Shown piece after piece: positions 32,680 through 41,442 of a stretch of 64,000 nucleotides of DNA. Within the stretch, counting starts at the first letter, position 1. Each line of letters starts with the position of its first letter. The notes under the pieces were generated by a model. It made no database searches. It was not told the DNA's origin and saw only the letters and a list, made by a program, of their open reading frames with translations. Both the position numbers and the translations under genes were made by a program. The stretch comes from a virus (taxonomy: Duplodnaviria > Caudoviricetes): positions 23,579-87,578 of the IMG/VR virus record IMGVR_UViG_3300021387_000682. One strand, written 5' to 3'.

Positions 32680-33783
32680 TTATAATCCTTTATGTCTGTA
32701 ATTGTAGTAAGGCCTATTGGTTTGATTGTAGATCTCCTGCTCGTCTCCGCTATGTGTAAAGAATGTAAGATTCTCTTCAATCTCTGGAACGAGTCTTTGC
32801 CAGTTATTCTGCATTGTCTGCAATTCATCTGTATCTGGCATCATGCAATCACCATAAGCCTGCTTTCTGTATATATGCCAGTTATTCTTTATCTCTGCAT
32901 ATAACTGAGCATTCAATGTACCTCTTAATACCTCTGGGAACTTAAGCTTCATAGCCACATACCAATAGACTGCTTCCTTGTATGAAGCTATATCTGGTAT
33001 CATTGGGAAACCTTCCTCATCAACATTAAATGCTTGATAAGATATAGTAAGGAATCCATATCTTACATTGGTATTGATAAAGCCCTTATTAAGCGTATAT
33101 ACAGGCTTAAAGTTAGTTCTAGCAGATCTAGCTGTAATAGTATCTGGTGCTATGTTTGTATTAATCATAGACATCAATACTGGCAATACGTGATTAAATC
33201 TATGCTTCAGATGAGGCTCGTGGTGATGGTCGTGATGATGTTCATGGTGTTCGTCTTCATCATGCTCATCGTCTTTCCTGTGTACATGTATATCATGCTC
33301 ATGATAGTCGTGATGCACATCACCATCTGCAAGTCTCATGATTATATCCTTAGCCTCGTTATCTGATATTGGTCTATGCACAGAATACATACCTCTAACG
33401 AGATGTATCAGCTGTTGCATTGCATCACCTCTGTATACCAAAGATGGACCATATTCAGTAAACCTATCAATCCAATATCTATCTGCATCCCAGCAGTCAA
33501 ATGAACCAGTAGCCTTGGTCATTGGCATCAGGTTCCTCTGAGTACCATCAAACGAATAGGCACACTGGACCAAACTGTGAAGATCGTCTGGTATTCTTAC
33601 CTTATAGTCCACTATAGGGATAGTTATGACTTTCTTCACAAATTGGTCGAATGCGCCTATTTTCTCTATGGCTTCAGTTATCCATTCCCTTATATCCGTT
33701 ATTCTATGCAGTTCCTCCTGTATATCGAGGTCTGAGTATATCTTAGCTACAACCTCTTTAGCGGATGTAAATTTGTAAACCAT
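32680..33783 (-). CDS. Tail ring / head-tail adaptor protein with His-rich insertion
   Basis: 367 aa; MVYKFTSAKEVVAKIYSDL...EWITEAIEKIGA and GFLTISYQAFNVDEEGFPMIPD...YKEAVYWYV match crAss-like ring proteins; directly upstream of muzzle. Confidence 0.75.
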   Translation of the reverse strand: MVYKFTSAKEVVAKIYSDLDIQEELHRITDIREWITEAIEKIGAFDQFVKKVITIPIVDYKVRIPDDLHSLVQCAYSFDGTQRNLMPMTKATGSFDCWDADRYWIDRFTEYGPSLVYRGDAMQQLIHLVRGMYSVHRPISDNEAKDIIMRLADGDVHHDYHEHDIHVHRKDDEHDEDEHHEHHHDHHHEPHLKHRFNHVLPVLMSMINTNIAPDTITARSARTNFKPVYTLNKGFINTNVRYGFLTISYQAFNVDEEGFPMIPDIASYKEAVYWYVAMKLKFPEVLRGTLNAQLYAEIKNNWHIYRKQAYGDCMMPDTDELQTMQNNWQRLVPEIEENLTFFTHSGDEQEIYNQTNRPYYNYRHKGL

Positions 33784-33784
33784 A

Positions 33785-34318
33785 TTATACTGTTTTAAAA
33801 TTATTGTAGTAACCGTTGTTGATTACCTTTTGCATCTTCCTTTTGAATTGTTTACTAGCGACAAACATATAATCACCAAACATTCCTCGGTCTCTTATCC
33901 ATCTGAGAGATATCGCATATCCCCTGGATGCCACAAATGGGTCATCCATATTTGGCCTAGTTCTAAGTATCTTACGCATCATATTAACAGATGCTTTCTT
34001 CTTTATGATCCTCAGACCACCTATGCCATCTCCAAGGTATACCTGGTTGCCATCCAGTAGTTCCTTCTCTAATATATTATTATATATATATATTATATTA
34101 TAATAATCTATATAGTCTATAGATTTATCTAATCCTACAGATATACAGTAGTATACATAAGATGCAATTATACTGTGATTATGATATAACTGAGAGTTCT
34201 CGTATACTGTTTTGTTTCTATAATCAAATCCAGCTCTATATACTCTCCTGATTGCTTCCTTTGCAATCTCATAATTTTCACTACTGGTATCAACTATCAA
34301 GTCTGCTTCGCTTATCAT
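33785..34318 (-). CDS. HU/IHF-like DNA-binding protein (crAss-type)
   Basis: ILEKELLDGNQVYLGDGIGGLRIIKKK and YMFVASKQFKRKMQKVI fit the divergent IHF-like family found between ring genes. ATG at 34318 is preferred over the track's TTG at 34339. Confidence 0.6.
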   Translation of the reverse strand: MISEADLIVDTSSENYEIAKEAIRRVYRAGFDYRNKTVYENSQLYHNHSIIASYVYYCISVGLDKSIDYIDYYNIIYIYNNILEKELLDGNQVYLGDGIGGLRIIKKKASVNMMRKILRTRPNMDDPFVASRGYAISLRWIRDRGMFGDYMFVASKQFKRKMQKVINNGYYNNFKTV

Positions 34319-35048
34319 ACAAATCCTTAAGCTTACCAAACAATCTATTTATCTCAGACAGATCATCGTTAGCATTGTTAGCTCTATCGCTTATAGCCTG
34401 AGTCATCAAACCAAGCTCCTTGCTGTATATGAACTCCTTAAGCTGTGCTATTATGTTTGATGGGCATTCATATGGTGCATTGTAGTCATACTCTATATAA
34501 CCAGTATTGGTAAGTATGTTCTGCACTTCTGTAGGTACCTCAAATATAGCCTTAAGGTTTACAAGCTTGATGGGAAGTAATGATTCTATATACAGATAGT
34601 CTTCCTTCATGTATGCGACTATATCAAACTTAGTCCATTTACGATGTCTCTGTCTTACAGCCCTACTCTCTGGCATTAGCTGTATCTCCTTTCCAGATAT
34701 TGTAGTGAGCTGCACTATTCCGTTCTTGAAGTGAAGGTCTATGGTCTTTGGTATCTTAGTCTTAGATCTAAACACCAACAGCTTTAAGTCTCTTCCAGAT
34801 AGATCTCCATAATCAAATGGCTCCATCTCGAGTCCATTCACCTCTTGAACATATGTTTCATTCACATATCTCCCTCTATCTAGATCCTGCTTCAAAAGCA
34901 TAGATCTGTATTGATGTATCCACATCTCAATCTGATTCCTAGATATCTGCTCAGACTGTGCAATATTGTTGCCTCTGATTACATTCATGATATCCTGAAT
35001 GATTGTGTTAAGGGAGTTGTAATGTATATAACCTATGTTAGTATCCAT
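34290..35048 (-). CDS. Tail ring protein
   Basis: 252 aa; LNTIIQDIMNVIRG...ISRNQIEMWIHQYRSMLLKQD and YLYI...VNLKAIFEVP typical of crAss-like ring proteins. Confidence 0.75.
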   Translation of the reverse strand: MDTNIGYIHYNSLNTIIQDIMNVIRGNNIAQSEQISRNQIEMWIHQYRSMLLKQDLDRGRYVNETYVQEVNGLEMEPFDYGDLSGRDLKLLVFRSKTKIPKTIDLHFKNGIVQLTTISGKEIQLMPESRAVRQRHRKWTKFDIVAYMKEDYLYIESLLPIKLVNLKAIFEVPTEVQNILTNTGYIEYDYNAPYECPSNIIAQLKEFIYSKELGLMTQAISDRANNANDDLSEINRLFGKLKDLYDKRSRLDS

Positions 35049-35092
35049 TTTATTCGTTTTAAGACGTTTTATCTACCTTATGGAACAACTTA

Positions 35093-35115
35093 AGGCGCTC
35101 CATAATAGAACGCCT
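35093..35115 (-). terminator. Intergenic hairpin, possible terminator/attenuator after the lysis cassette
   Basis: Minus strand AGGCGTTCT-ATTAT-GGAGCGCCT, 9 bp with GU pairs; the downstream U-tract is weak. Confidence 0.45.
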
Positions 35116-35139
35116 CAAATCGCCTAAAAATGGCCTCAT

Positions 35140-35715
35140 TTAACGTGTTGCAGCAACACCATAAACTACGCCACCTACTATGATAGCAGAGCCAACTCCA
35201 ATCCAGAACTTATTCCTGTTCCACCAGTTGCTCTTCTTCTTAAGTTGTTTATTGAGATCTACTATGTTGTTATTAAGTTCACCTATTGTGATGCTCTTAA
35301 TTGCAACTATAGAGTCTGTAGCTATAACCTTCTCTTCAAGAAGAACAACCTCATCCCTGAGTGCGTCATTAGCATTCTCAAGTGTCGTTATCACTGTATC
35401 GGCTGCTGCTATAACAGAATCGCACACATTGGTTGATTCTGTGATCGTTTCTTTAATTGTATTGTACTTAACTATAACTTTAGACTTAGCATTGTCAAGG
35501 GAGTCGGCTCTATATTTGACCCGAACAAGCTGGTCATCTAGCTCCTTTATTCTCGCCTCCATAGAGGCCGTTTTTACGCTGTCTAAGGCGTTAATAGTAT
35601 CGACTGGTACAACTTTACCATTGTCACTATCACAACGCACCAAGCAGCCTAAAATAAGGCCTATTATAAACATCGCTAAGTAGTAGATAAGTACAGTCTT
35701 GATATTAATCTTCAT
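35140..35715 (-). CDS. Putative spanin (lipoprotein-like signal, coiled coil, C-terminal TM)
   Basis: 191 aa; N-terminal hydrophobic stretch ending LILGC; heptad-rich middle; C-terminal FWIGVGSAIIVGGVVYGVAA; directly after holin. Confidence 0.55.
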   Translation of the reverse strand: MKINIKTVLIYYLAMFIIGLILGCLVRCDSDNGKVVPVDTINALDSVKTASMEARIKELDDQLVRVKYRADSLDNAKSKVIVKYNTIKETITESTNVCDSVIAAADTVITTLENANDALRDEVVLLEEKVIATDSIVAIKSITIGELNNNIVDLNKQLKKKSNWWNRNKFWIGVGSAIIVGGVVYGVAATR

Positions 35716-36175
35716 CTATGTCTACTCCTGTTAAGTCTTCTGCCTTGTTATTTACGAATCTCTTGATTATCCTGAATATCTTTGCATCGCTTATGTCGCA
35801 CATATTCTCAAGCCAACTCGAGAACTCTACTAAGCACACAAGCAAACACATACCCTTTGTTAGCATCATAGATTCACTGTCTAATACATGGTTGTCCAGG
35901 AAGAATAGTAAGACTGCGCCTATTACAACGCCTATTATCTTACTAATGGTATTCCATGCTTTCTTACTCTTGAACTGATACTTCTTACCAGATTTCTTAG
36001 CTCTCTTGGCGTATGCAACATTTCCTGTTACGAAGTCTACGCCAATAAATACTAGCATAAGTATAAGTATTGGTGCTATTGGGGAGAAGTATGAGCATAT
36101 GAAACTTATAACATATATTAATATCTTGTTTATGTTAGTTAATATTGTGTTTAACATTTTATTAAAATATGACAT
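35705..36175 (-). CDS. Holin (phage holin family 4-like)
   Basis: 156 aa with 3-4 hydrophobic helices; LVFIGVDFVTG...FKSKKAWNTISK...EFSSWLENM pattern; near the endolysin. Confidence 0.8.
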   Translation of the reverse strand: MSYFNKMLNTILTNINKILIYVISFICSYFSPIAPILILMLVFIGVDFVTGNVAYAKRAKKSGKKYQFKSKKAWNTISKIIGVVIGAVLLFFLDNHVLDSESMMLTKGMCLLVCLVEFSSWLENMCDISDAKIFRIIKRFVNNKAEDLTGVDIDED

Positions 36176-36383
36176 ACGATACTGGGTTTATTTTGTCCAT
36201 AACAAACATACCTACAGTAGCATGTATCTTTCTATTTTTGTCCGCGACTACAGGCAGTGTATCAAACTCATCCGAGATGAATTTATCTCTCATATCTGAA
36301 GATACTGTATCTGCAAACTCACTGCCATCTATAGTTATGCAAACTACATCTTCGTCTATCTTGACGTCCCACTTGGTTATCAT
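36162..36383 (-). CDS. Small hypothetical protein
   Basis: 73 aa; ATGA overlap with the upstream gene and overlap with the holin start. Confidence 0.55.
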   Translation of the reverse strand: MITKWDVKIDEDVVCITIDGSEFADTVSSDMRDKFISDEFDTLPVVADKNRKIHATVGMFVMDKINPVSYVIF

Positions 36384-36820
36384 ATTACCTCCCGCTCTAT
36401 TCTCCTTGGGTTGTAAACAGGTCCTCTAGCAATCCTTCTATCATCACCATCGTCAGCAAAGATTGTATTCTCAAGCTCTATGATAGCTGGAGACTCTATA
36501 CTATAGAGCTCACCATCCTTAAAGAACTCGATTCTAAATCTAAGCAATCCTGGATCAAACATGAAGCTACTGTCTGAGTCTATTGTAAATTCAAGTGTTC
36601 TGTCTGTATTATCTATAACAGCAATACCATTCTCAATAGATGCTGTAAATACATATCTATTCTTATTAGTGAATGCTATTATACGAATGTTGTCGTAAGA
36701 TGTGAGGTCAGCAAACTCGTCGTTTATACTGCCAACCTTCATCTTAAACTTAAGCGTATCCCCTATGAATCGCTTACACACCCTTCTTTCAGGTGCCTTC
36801 TTCATTTCCTTAGGAAACAT
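36380..36820 (-). CDS. BppU-N-like Ig-fold tail hub protein
   Basis: 146 aa; RFIGDTLKFKMKV...DLTSYDNI...DSDSSFMFDPGLLRFRIEF, similar to the N-terminus of the 354-aa ORF at 45053-46117. Confidence 0.5.
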   Translation of the reverse strand: MFPKEMKKAPERRVCKRFIGDTLKFKMKVGSINDEFADLTSYDNIRIIAFTNKNRYVFTASIENGIAVIDNTDRTLEFTIDSDSSFMFDPGLLRFRIEFFKDGELYSIESPAIIELENTIFADDGDDRRIARGPVYNPRRIEREVI

Positions 36821-36872
36821 GTTTTTAGATTTAATTAGTTATATACTTGATAAAGATAGATATATAAGTATA

Positions 36873-37277
36873 CTATCTAATCTTTAATTCCTGCCTTCTG
36901 TTTCTTGGGCTGTAACTTACATGAACCCAATTGAAACCATATTCATCGATTAACTGATCAAATGGAAGGTTAAGCTTCTTTATTAGATCATATAGCTTCT
37001 TATTCTCCTCTGGAGTATCCTTAACTGTACGTATATCTGCAGCCTCTCCAGTTTTATGCTGACTAGTAGAACTACCTCCTACAGCCCTGTTTAACTTAGG
37101 GCATCTATAAGCTGAATCTACTATAATAGGAGCTCCATATGCTTCTCTGAGCGGATCCAAGATTAGCTCTATAAGCAATGTGAGCCTCTTCTTAACAGCC
37201 TCAGTTGGTGTATTATCTATCTTCTTTCTAGCTGCAGTCTTTGACTTACACAGCTCATTGATTGTAAAATACTTCAT
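36873..37277 (-). CDS. Endolysin, peptidase M15A family (Zn D-Ala-D-Ala peptidase-like)
   Basis: MKYFTINELCKS...LDPLREAYGAPIIVDSAYRCPKLNRAVGG..SQHKTGEAADI...WVHVS. True start is probably ATG 37277, just after the upstream stop, not the track's 37346. Confidence 0.9.
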   Translation of the reverse strand: MKYFTINELCKSKTAARKKIDNTPTEAVKKRLTLLIELILDPLREAYGAPIIVDSAYRCPKLNRAVGGSSTSQHKTGEAADIRTVKDTPEENKKLYDLIKKLNLPFDQLIDEYGFNWVHVSYSPRNRRQELKIR

Positions 37278-37278
37278 A

Positions 37279-37863
37279 TTACTGTATGTTAAATACTGGC
37301 TTATCCGGATACCCGGTAGTAAAGTCATAGTTCTGAATCTCCTCAATTGTGTTCAATGCCTTTATCGCCATCTTATGCTCGAATGTTCTCTGCATACACT
37401 TTATCGCATATACTTCAACATCTTTGAATATAAGCCTCATGGTTGCAATTGGTATGTTAACAACACCAATCTTCTCATCACACAATGGATATGTGGTATT
37501 GCCTTCAGCCTCCCATTTATCCACAGCTCTCTCTAATGCCGTTCTATCATCTTTGTCAGCCCATAAACCAACTTCTCCAAGATAGAATTCATTAACAGCA
37601 GTAGACTTATCATATGTATCCAATTGAGCCAATCGCATCATTCTAACATCCTCTATATCCTGATTGTAGTGAACAGTTATAGATGTATCATCCTCTGTTA
37701 TTGTGTAGTGGTTTGTAACTGCACCATCCTTCACTACCATCTTGTACCCATGCTGTAGCATCAGCGCTGGGTCTGTAGTGAATACCATAGAATCACCATC
37801 TATAAGTCTATCTGGGGCGTATTCTATACAACCGCCAACTAGTTTTCCAAATTTAGTATTCAT
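37279..37863 (-). CDS. Tail fibre assembly/chaperone-like protein (DUF4376-like)
   Basis: 194 aa; RMMRLAQLDTYDKSTAVNEF...YAIKCMQRTFEHKMAIKALNTIEEIQNYDFTTGYP, a pattern typical of Bacteroidota phage tail-fibre-associated proteins. Confidence 0.7.
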   Translation of the reverse strand: MNTKFGKLVGGCIEYAPDRLIDGDSMVFTTDPALMLQHGYKMVVKDGAVTNHYTITEDDTSITVHYNQDIEDVRMMRLAQLDTYDKSTAVNEFYLGEVGLWADKDDRTALERAVDKWEAEGNTTYPLCDEKIGVVNIPIATMRLIFKDVEVYAIKCMQRTFEHKMAIKALNTIEEIQNYDFTTGYPDKPVFNIQ

Positions 37864-38309
37864 CTTTTATTAAACTTATCTTTGTAGAAATCAAATGCAA
37901 TACGCTTGTACTTCCCACCAAATATATATCTAAACTTTATATTATTATACTCGTCTTCGATGTAGTTGCCGTTTGGTGTTACAGTAATAGCTGGAAGAAC
38001 AGAACTATTGTTATATGTAACTCTAGCTCTATAATCCCCGTTATCATTCAGCCCTGGTTTAACGTAATTTATTGCAGATGGGTCGTTTATTTCAAACGTA
38101 CCATCGTTAATAAACTTACCATATGTTGGGCCAGATGGATGGTCTACGCCTTTTACGTAATCAGGTAAATGTCCTCTGGAGTCTCTAGCAATTGCATCTA
38201 ATCTGTTGATATATTCGGGCCTTATGTATTCTCGGTTCGAATGCGGATCTACTCCAAATTCCATCGATGATGTACCATATGGACCACCCTTTCTATATTT
38301 GAAAACCAT
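37860..38309 (-). CDS. Hypothetical protein with xKGG/FGGK motifs
   Basis: 149 aa; ATG with A-rich leader; ATGA overlap with the next gene. Confidence 0.7.
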   Translation of the reverse strand: MVFKYRKGGPYGTSSMEFGVDPHSNREYIRPEYINRLDAIARDSRGHLPDYVKGVDHPSGPTYGKFINDGTFEINDPSAINYVKPGLNDNGDYRARVTYNNSSVLPAITVTPNGNYIEDEYNNIKFRYIFGGKYKRIAFDFYKDKFNKR

Positions 38310-38327
38310 AATTACAATTGTTTAAAA

Positions 38328-39614
38328 TCAACTCCAGTTGCCATAAGTGGCAAATGCCGTACTAGTATAACTCTGATAAAGTATACCACTGATCCTTTCA
38401 TACATACCAACTTTACCATCCCATTTTCTAACTGCTGGTTGGTAATCCCTTTGAAGTATGTCATCCACCCACATCTGGCACTCTCCTACTCTACCATAGT
38501 CCCTTGTGTTGCTTGCATATTGATTATTTTGGTTCAATGCGAACAAGGTAATGATAGAGTGGCTTTGGAATGTGGTTTCGGGCATAGATGCTGATTCCAC
38601 ATTGCCTTCATTGTCAGTTCTTGTCCAATGGTCAGGGAATGTCTCTATTGTATAGACCTTGTTAATGTCAGCAAGACCGAACCTGTAAGCATCTGTAGCG
38701 GAGTTTGCATAGTCGTATGTTGTTCTACCTGCAGCTACTGAAGATGATGAACACAAGCGACATAAGAATTGGTTCCGACCGACTGCATCTCTACTACCAA
38801 AGATAAAGAAACGATTAGTCTGCGTTAACTGTCCTTTTATCTTTATCTTAACATTGCTACCTCCATTAATATCTGTTCTTATATATTGTAAACCAAGGTA
38901 TCCTGAATCAACTGTATTTTCCAAGTAATCGTAGTAGTCGTATTCGTCAGCATAATTTCCTACGTTGAAATTATATTCGTTCTCAGAGGAGTAAAATACA
39001 TTAGCAAGAACATCTAGATATCCAGTTCTCCCATCGTCTCTTCTAGCCGGTTTAAGGTTCATTACTAGCTCGGTGTCTTCATATATCTCTATAGCGCTCA
39101 TCTTGACGCCTGCAATTTTATTTACAGGGCTATTAGAGCCAGCCGTACCTATCGGAGCGTCATTATGGTTAATGGCGAATAGGTACATATTGAATGGGAC
39201 CGTAAACTCCGTTCCATCCCAAGTTCTTGTTTGATCTCCTGTAGCAGTGCCAGGTCTTTTTCTCACCCATTCCATAGAGGTATTAGCCGCAACTTCATAC
39301 CAGTCGTAAGTATATGAATTGCCAAAATTAACCTGTCCGCCTCCATTCCTTGAAAGTATACTACCTCCTGAGTTTGTATTCTGATACCAGTACAACACTA
39401 GCGTTCTGTTGCTATTGCGACTACCAAACAGAATGCACTCCTGCGTAATAGTAGGGACTGAGTATCTGAGTTTTAAGCGAGTTCTATTGTTCGGCTGATA
39501 AGGCAGTATTATATACTCTCCATTACCTGTATGTTCTAGATAATCAAAGAATTCGTATGTTGTGTTTCTTCGATTACCAAGCAATGACATAAATATTCTA
39601 TTTACCTTATTCAT
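38328..39614 (-). CDS. Receptor-binding / tail-fibre tip protein with two tandem beta-sandwich (LamG-like) domains
   Basis: 428 aa; repeats begin YEFFDYLE / YDYYDYLE, share LFGSR / IFGSR and LFAIN / LFALN, and end PARRDDGRTGYLD / PAVRKWDGKVGMYE. Confidence 0.7.
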   Translation of the reverse strand: MNKVNRIFMSLLGNRRNTTYEFFDYLEHTGNGEYIILPYQPNNRTRLKLRYSVPTITQECILFGSRNSNRTLVLYWYQNTNSGGSILSRNGGGQVNFGNSYTYDWYEVAANTSMEWVRKRPGTATGDQTRTWDGTEFTVPFNMYLFAINHNDAPIGTAGSNSPVNKIAGVKMSAIEIYEDTELVMNLKPARRDDGRTGYLDVLANVFYSSENEYNFNVGNYADEYDYYDYLENTVDSGYLGLQYIRTDINGGSNVKIKIKGQLTQTNRFFIFGSRDAVGRNQFLCRLCSSSSVAAGRTTYDYANSATDAYRFGLADINKVYTIETFPDHWTRTDNEGNVESASMPETTFQSHSIITLFALNQNNQYASNTRDYGRVGECQMWVDDILQRDYQPAVRKWDGKVGMYERISGILYQSYTSTAFATYGNWS

Positions 39615-39616
39615 GA

Positions 39617-41431
39617 CTATTGTGATATATCATACTTTGTCCATACTACATAATTGGCCTTAACTCCGATTATCCAATGCTCGTTATTACCAAAGACTGG
39701 CGTTTCTGCAAACCTAAATGCAATAGGGAACTGTATAGTTACGGTGCCAGACGCTACGGTTGAAAACTCTATTATACAATCTGCATAGTATCTAAACGTT
39801 TTATTAGATATTCTTTGAGTAGCGTAGTGTATTGTATTTGTCCTTAAATCAGTTGTTCCTCCATCTGTAAACTGCTCAGTATATGTAACCATATCACTAA
39901 GCCTATGACCATTTAAGTACATTCTATCATCTGGAGCTAATGTACCATCATCAACCGTCACAGTTCCTGCTCCGTCATTTACATTCAACTCAACCTCGTT
40001 ATATTGGGTCTCATTGTCATCATACAATGTTCTTATGATAAGCGCATCACTTCCCATTGCATCGCGTAATGAAACCTCACCAGTATCTGGATAAGACTCT
40101 CCAGGGTATGGCTTTTGTACTCTTGCAGTAAGCAGGTCGGAGTATCCACCATTCTGAAATGATGTATAGTATTCGACCTCTTCATATCCATTGTATGAGC
40201 CATCCCTGTCATCTGCCACATTTGTCCTATACGAATAGATAAGATTATATCCGCTATTATAGATATCTGTGCTTATTGTAGACGTTAAATATGTATGACC
40301 GTTTCTTCTTGCCGTGTTTCTACCCAATCTTGTATACCAGAAGTCGTTACCCTGTGGGGTTCTACCCTCAAGATACCATGTTGGAGTAAAAGCTGTATCG
40401 TTAACCTGCACATTAGGATATTCCGGCAACGTAGGAATCGTCTTGTCTATTTCTGGTGTATCGAAGAACGTAACTCCTGATGGACCATCAAGCGATGCAT
40501 ATTGTATACCATCTCGACCTATAGTAAAGAGTCCATCACCATCTGTATCATAGAGTCTGACTAACTTCATTCCGTTCTTTGTTTCGGATTGAGCAATCTT
40601 TACATCAGACATCTTAACTATACCCTTACCATTGGTTCTAGAGCTTATATCTATCTGCTTATTACCACCCTCATCCTTAAGAACGATCTGACCGTTTAGG
40701 ATATTGGTAGAACCCTTATCTCCGTTTACCTGCAGCTTAATGCTATGCGTACTACTATTGCTGTCGCTACGCATATCTATATACGGCTTACTGCTTGCAC
40801 CAGATATTACAACTGTACGGTAACCATTATCAAGATCCTTGAGACTAAGTTCGCCATTCTCTATAATAGTCTGATATGTACGCCAGTTGTTGTTTATAGC
40901 ATCCAGTGTAATAAGCTTCTCATAGTCACCTGAACTATTGTAGTCTCCTAACCATATCTTACCACTCTGTATCCTAGTTTGACCATTTATAGTCTCTGCA
41001 GCTTCGAGAGATATCTTACCTGGTTTATCACCATCTGTAGACATCTCTATATCAGTAGCTCTTATACTAGTATCTGTTGTATAATCAAACTCTCCACTTA
41101 CGTAGTTCTGGAACCTTAGTACATCATCAAGCCTCTGGTTGAACATCTCAGATCTATCCGACGTTGATGAGGCTCCATCCTGTACATATGTCTCTCTGGT
41201 TCCATCTTTATCTGTAACCCTAACTATGATACCAGTATCCTCTGGGTTTCTATATGCTTCTACAATTGGGCTGAATCCATCCTCACCTGGTGCACCATCC
41301 TTTCCTGGTTCTCCGTCTTTTCCTATCTTACCATCTATACCATCCTTAGCACCACCAAATGCTACATTGACTACATACTCAGGATGTATATCATTCATTA
41401 GACTTAACGTCCTGTGTCTGTTTTCATTCAT
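39617..41431 (-). CDS. Tail fibre protein with collagen-like N-terminus
   Basis: 604 aa; GKDGEPGKDGAPGEDG (Gly-X-Y) then beta-rich body; C-terminal TIQFP...FGNNEHWIIG segment. Confidence 0.7.
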   Translation of the reverse strand: MNENRHRTLSLMNDIHPEYVVNVAFGGAKDGIDGKIGKDGEPGKDGAPGEDGFSPIVEAYRNPEDTGIIVRVTDKDGTRETYVQDGASSTSDRSEMFNQRLDDVLRFQNYVSGEFDYTTDTSIRATDIEMSTDGDKPGKISLEAAETINGQTRIQSGKIWLGDYNSSGDYEKLITLDAINNNWRTYQTIIENGELSLKDLDNGYRTVVISGASSKPYIDMRSDSNSSTHSIKLQVNGDKGSTNILNGQIVLKDEGGNKQIDISSRTNGKGIVKMSDVKIAQSETKNGMKLVRLYDTDGDGLFTIGRDGIQYASLDGPSGVTFFDTPEIDKTIPTLPEYPNVQVNDTAFTPTWYLEGRTPQGNDFWYTRLGRNTARRNGHTYLTSTISTDIYNSGYNLIYSYRTNVADDRDGSYNGYEEVEYYTSFQNGGYSDLLTARVQKPYPGESYPDTGEVSLRDAMGSDALIIRTLYDDNETQYNEVELNVNDGAGTVTVDDGTLAPDDRMYLNGHRLSDMVTYTEQFTDGGTTDLRTNTIHYATQRISNKTFRYYADCIIEFSTVASGTVTIQFPIAFRFAETPVFGNNEHWIIGVKANYVVWTKYDISQ

Positions 41432-41442
41432 AATTAATTGTT

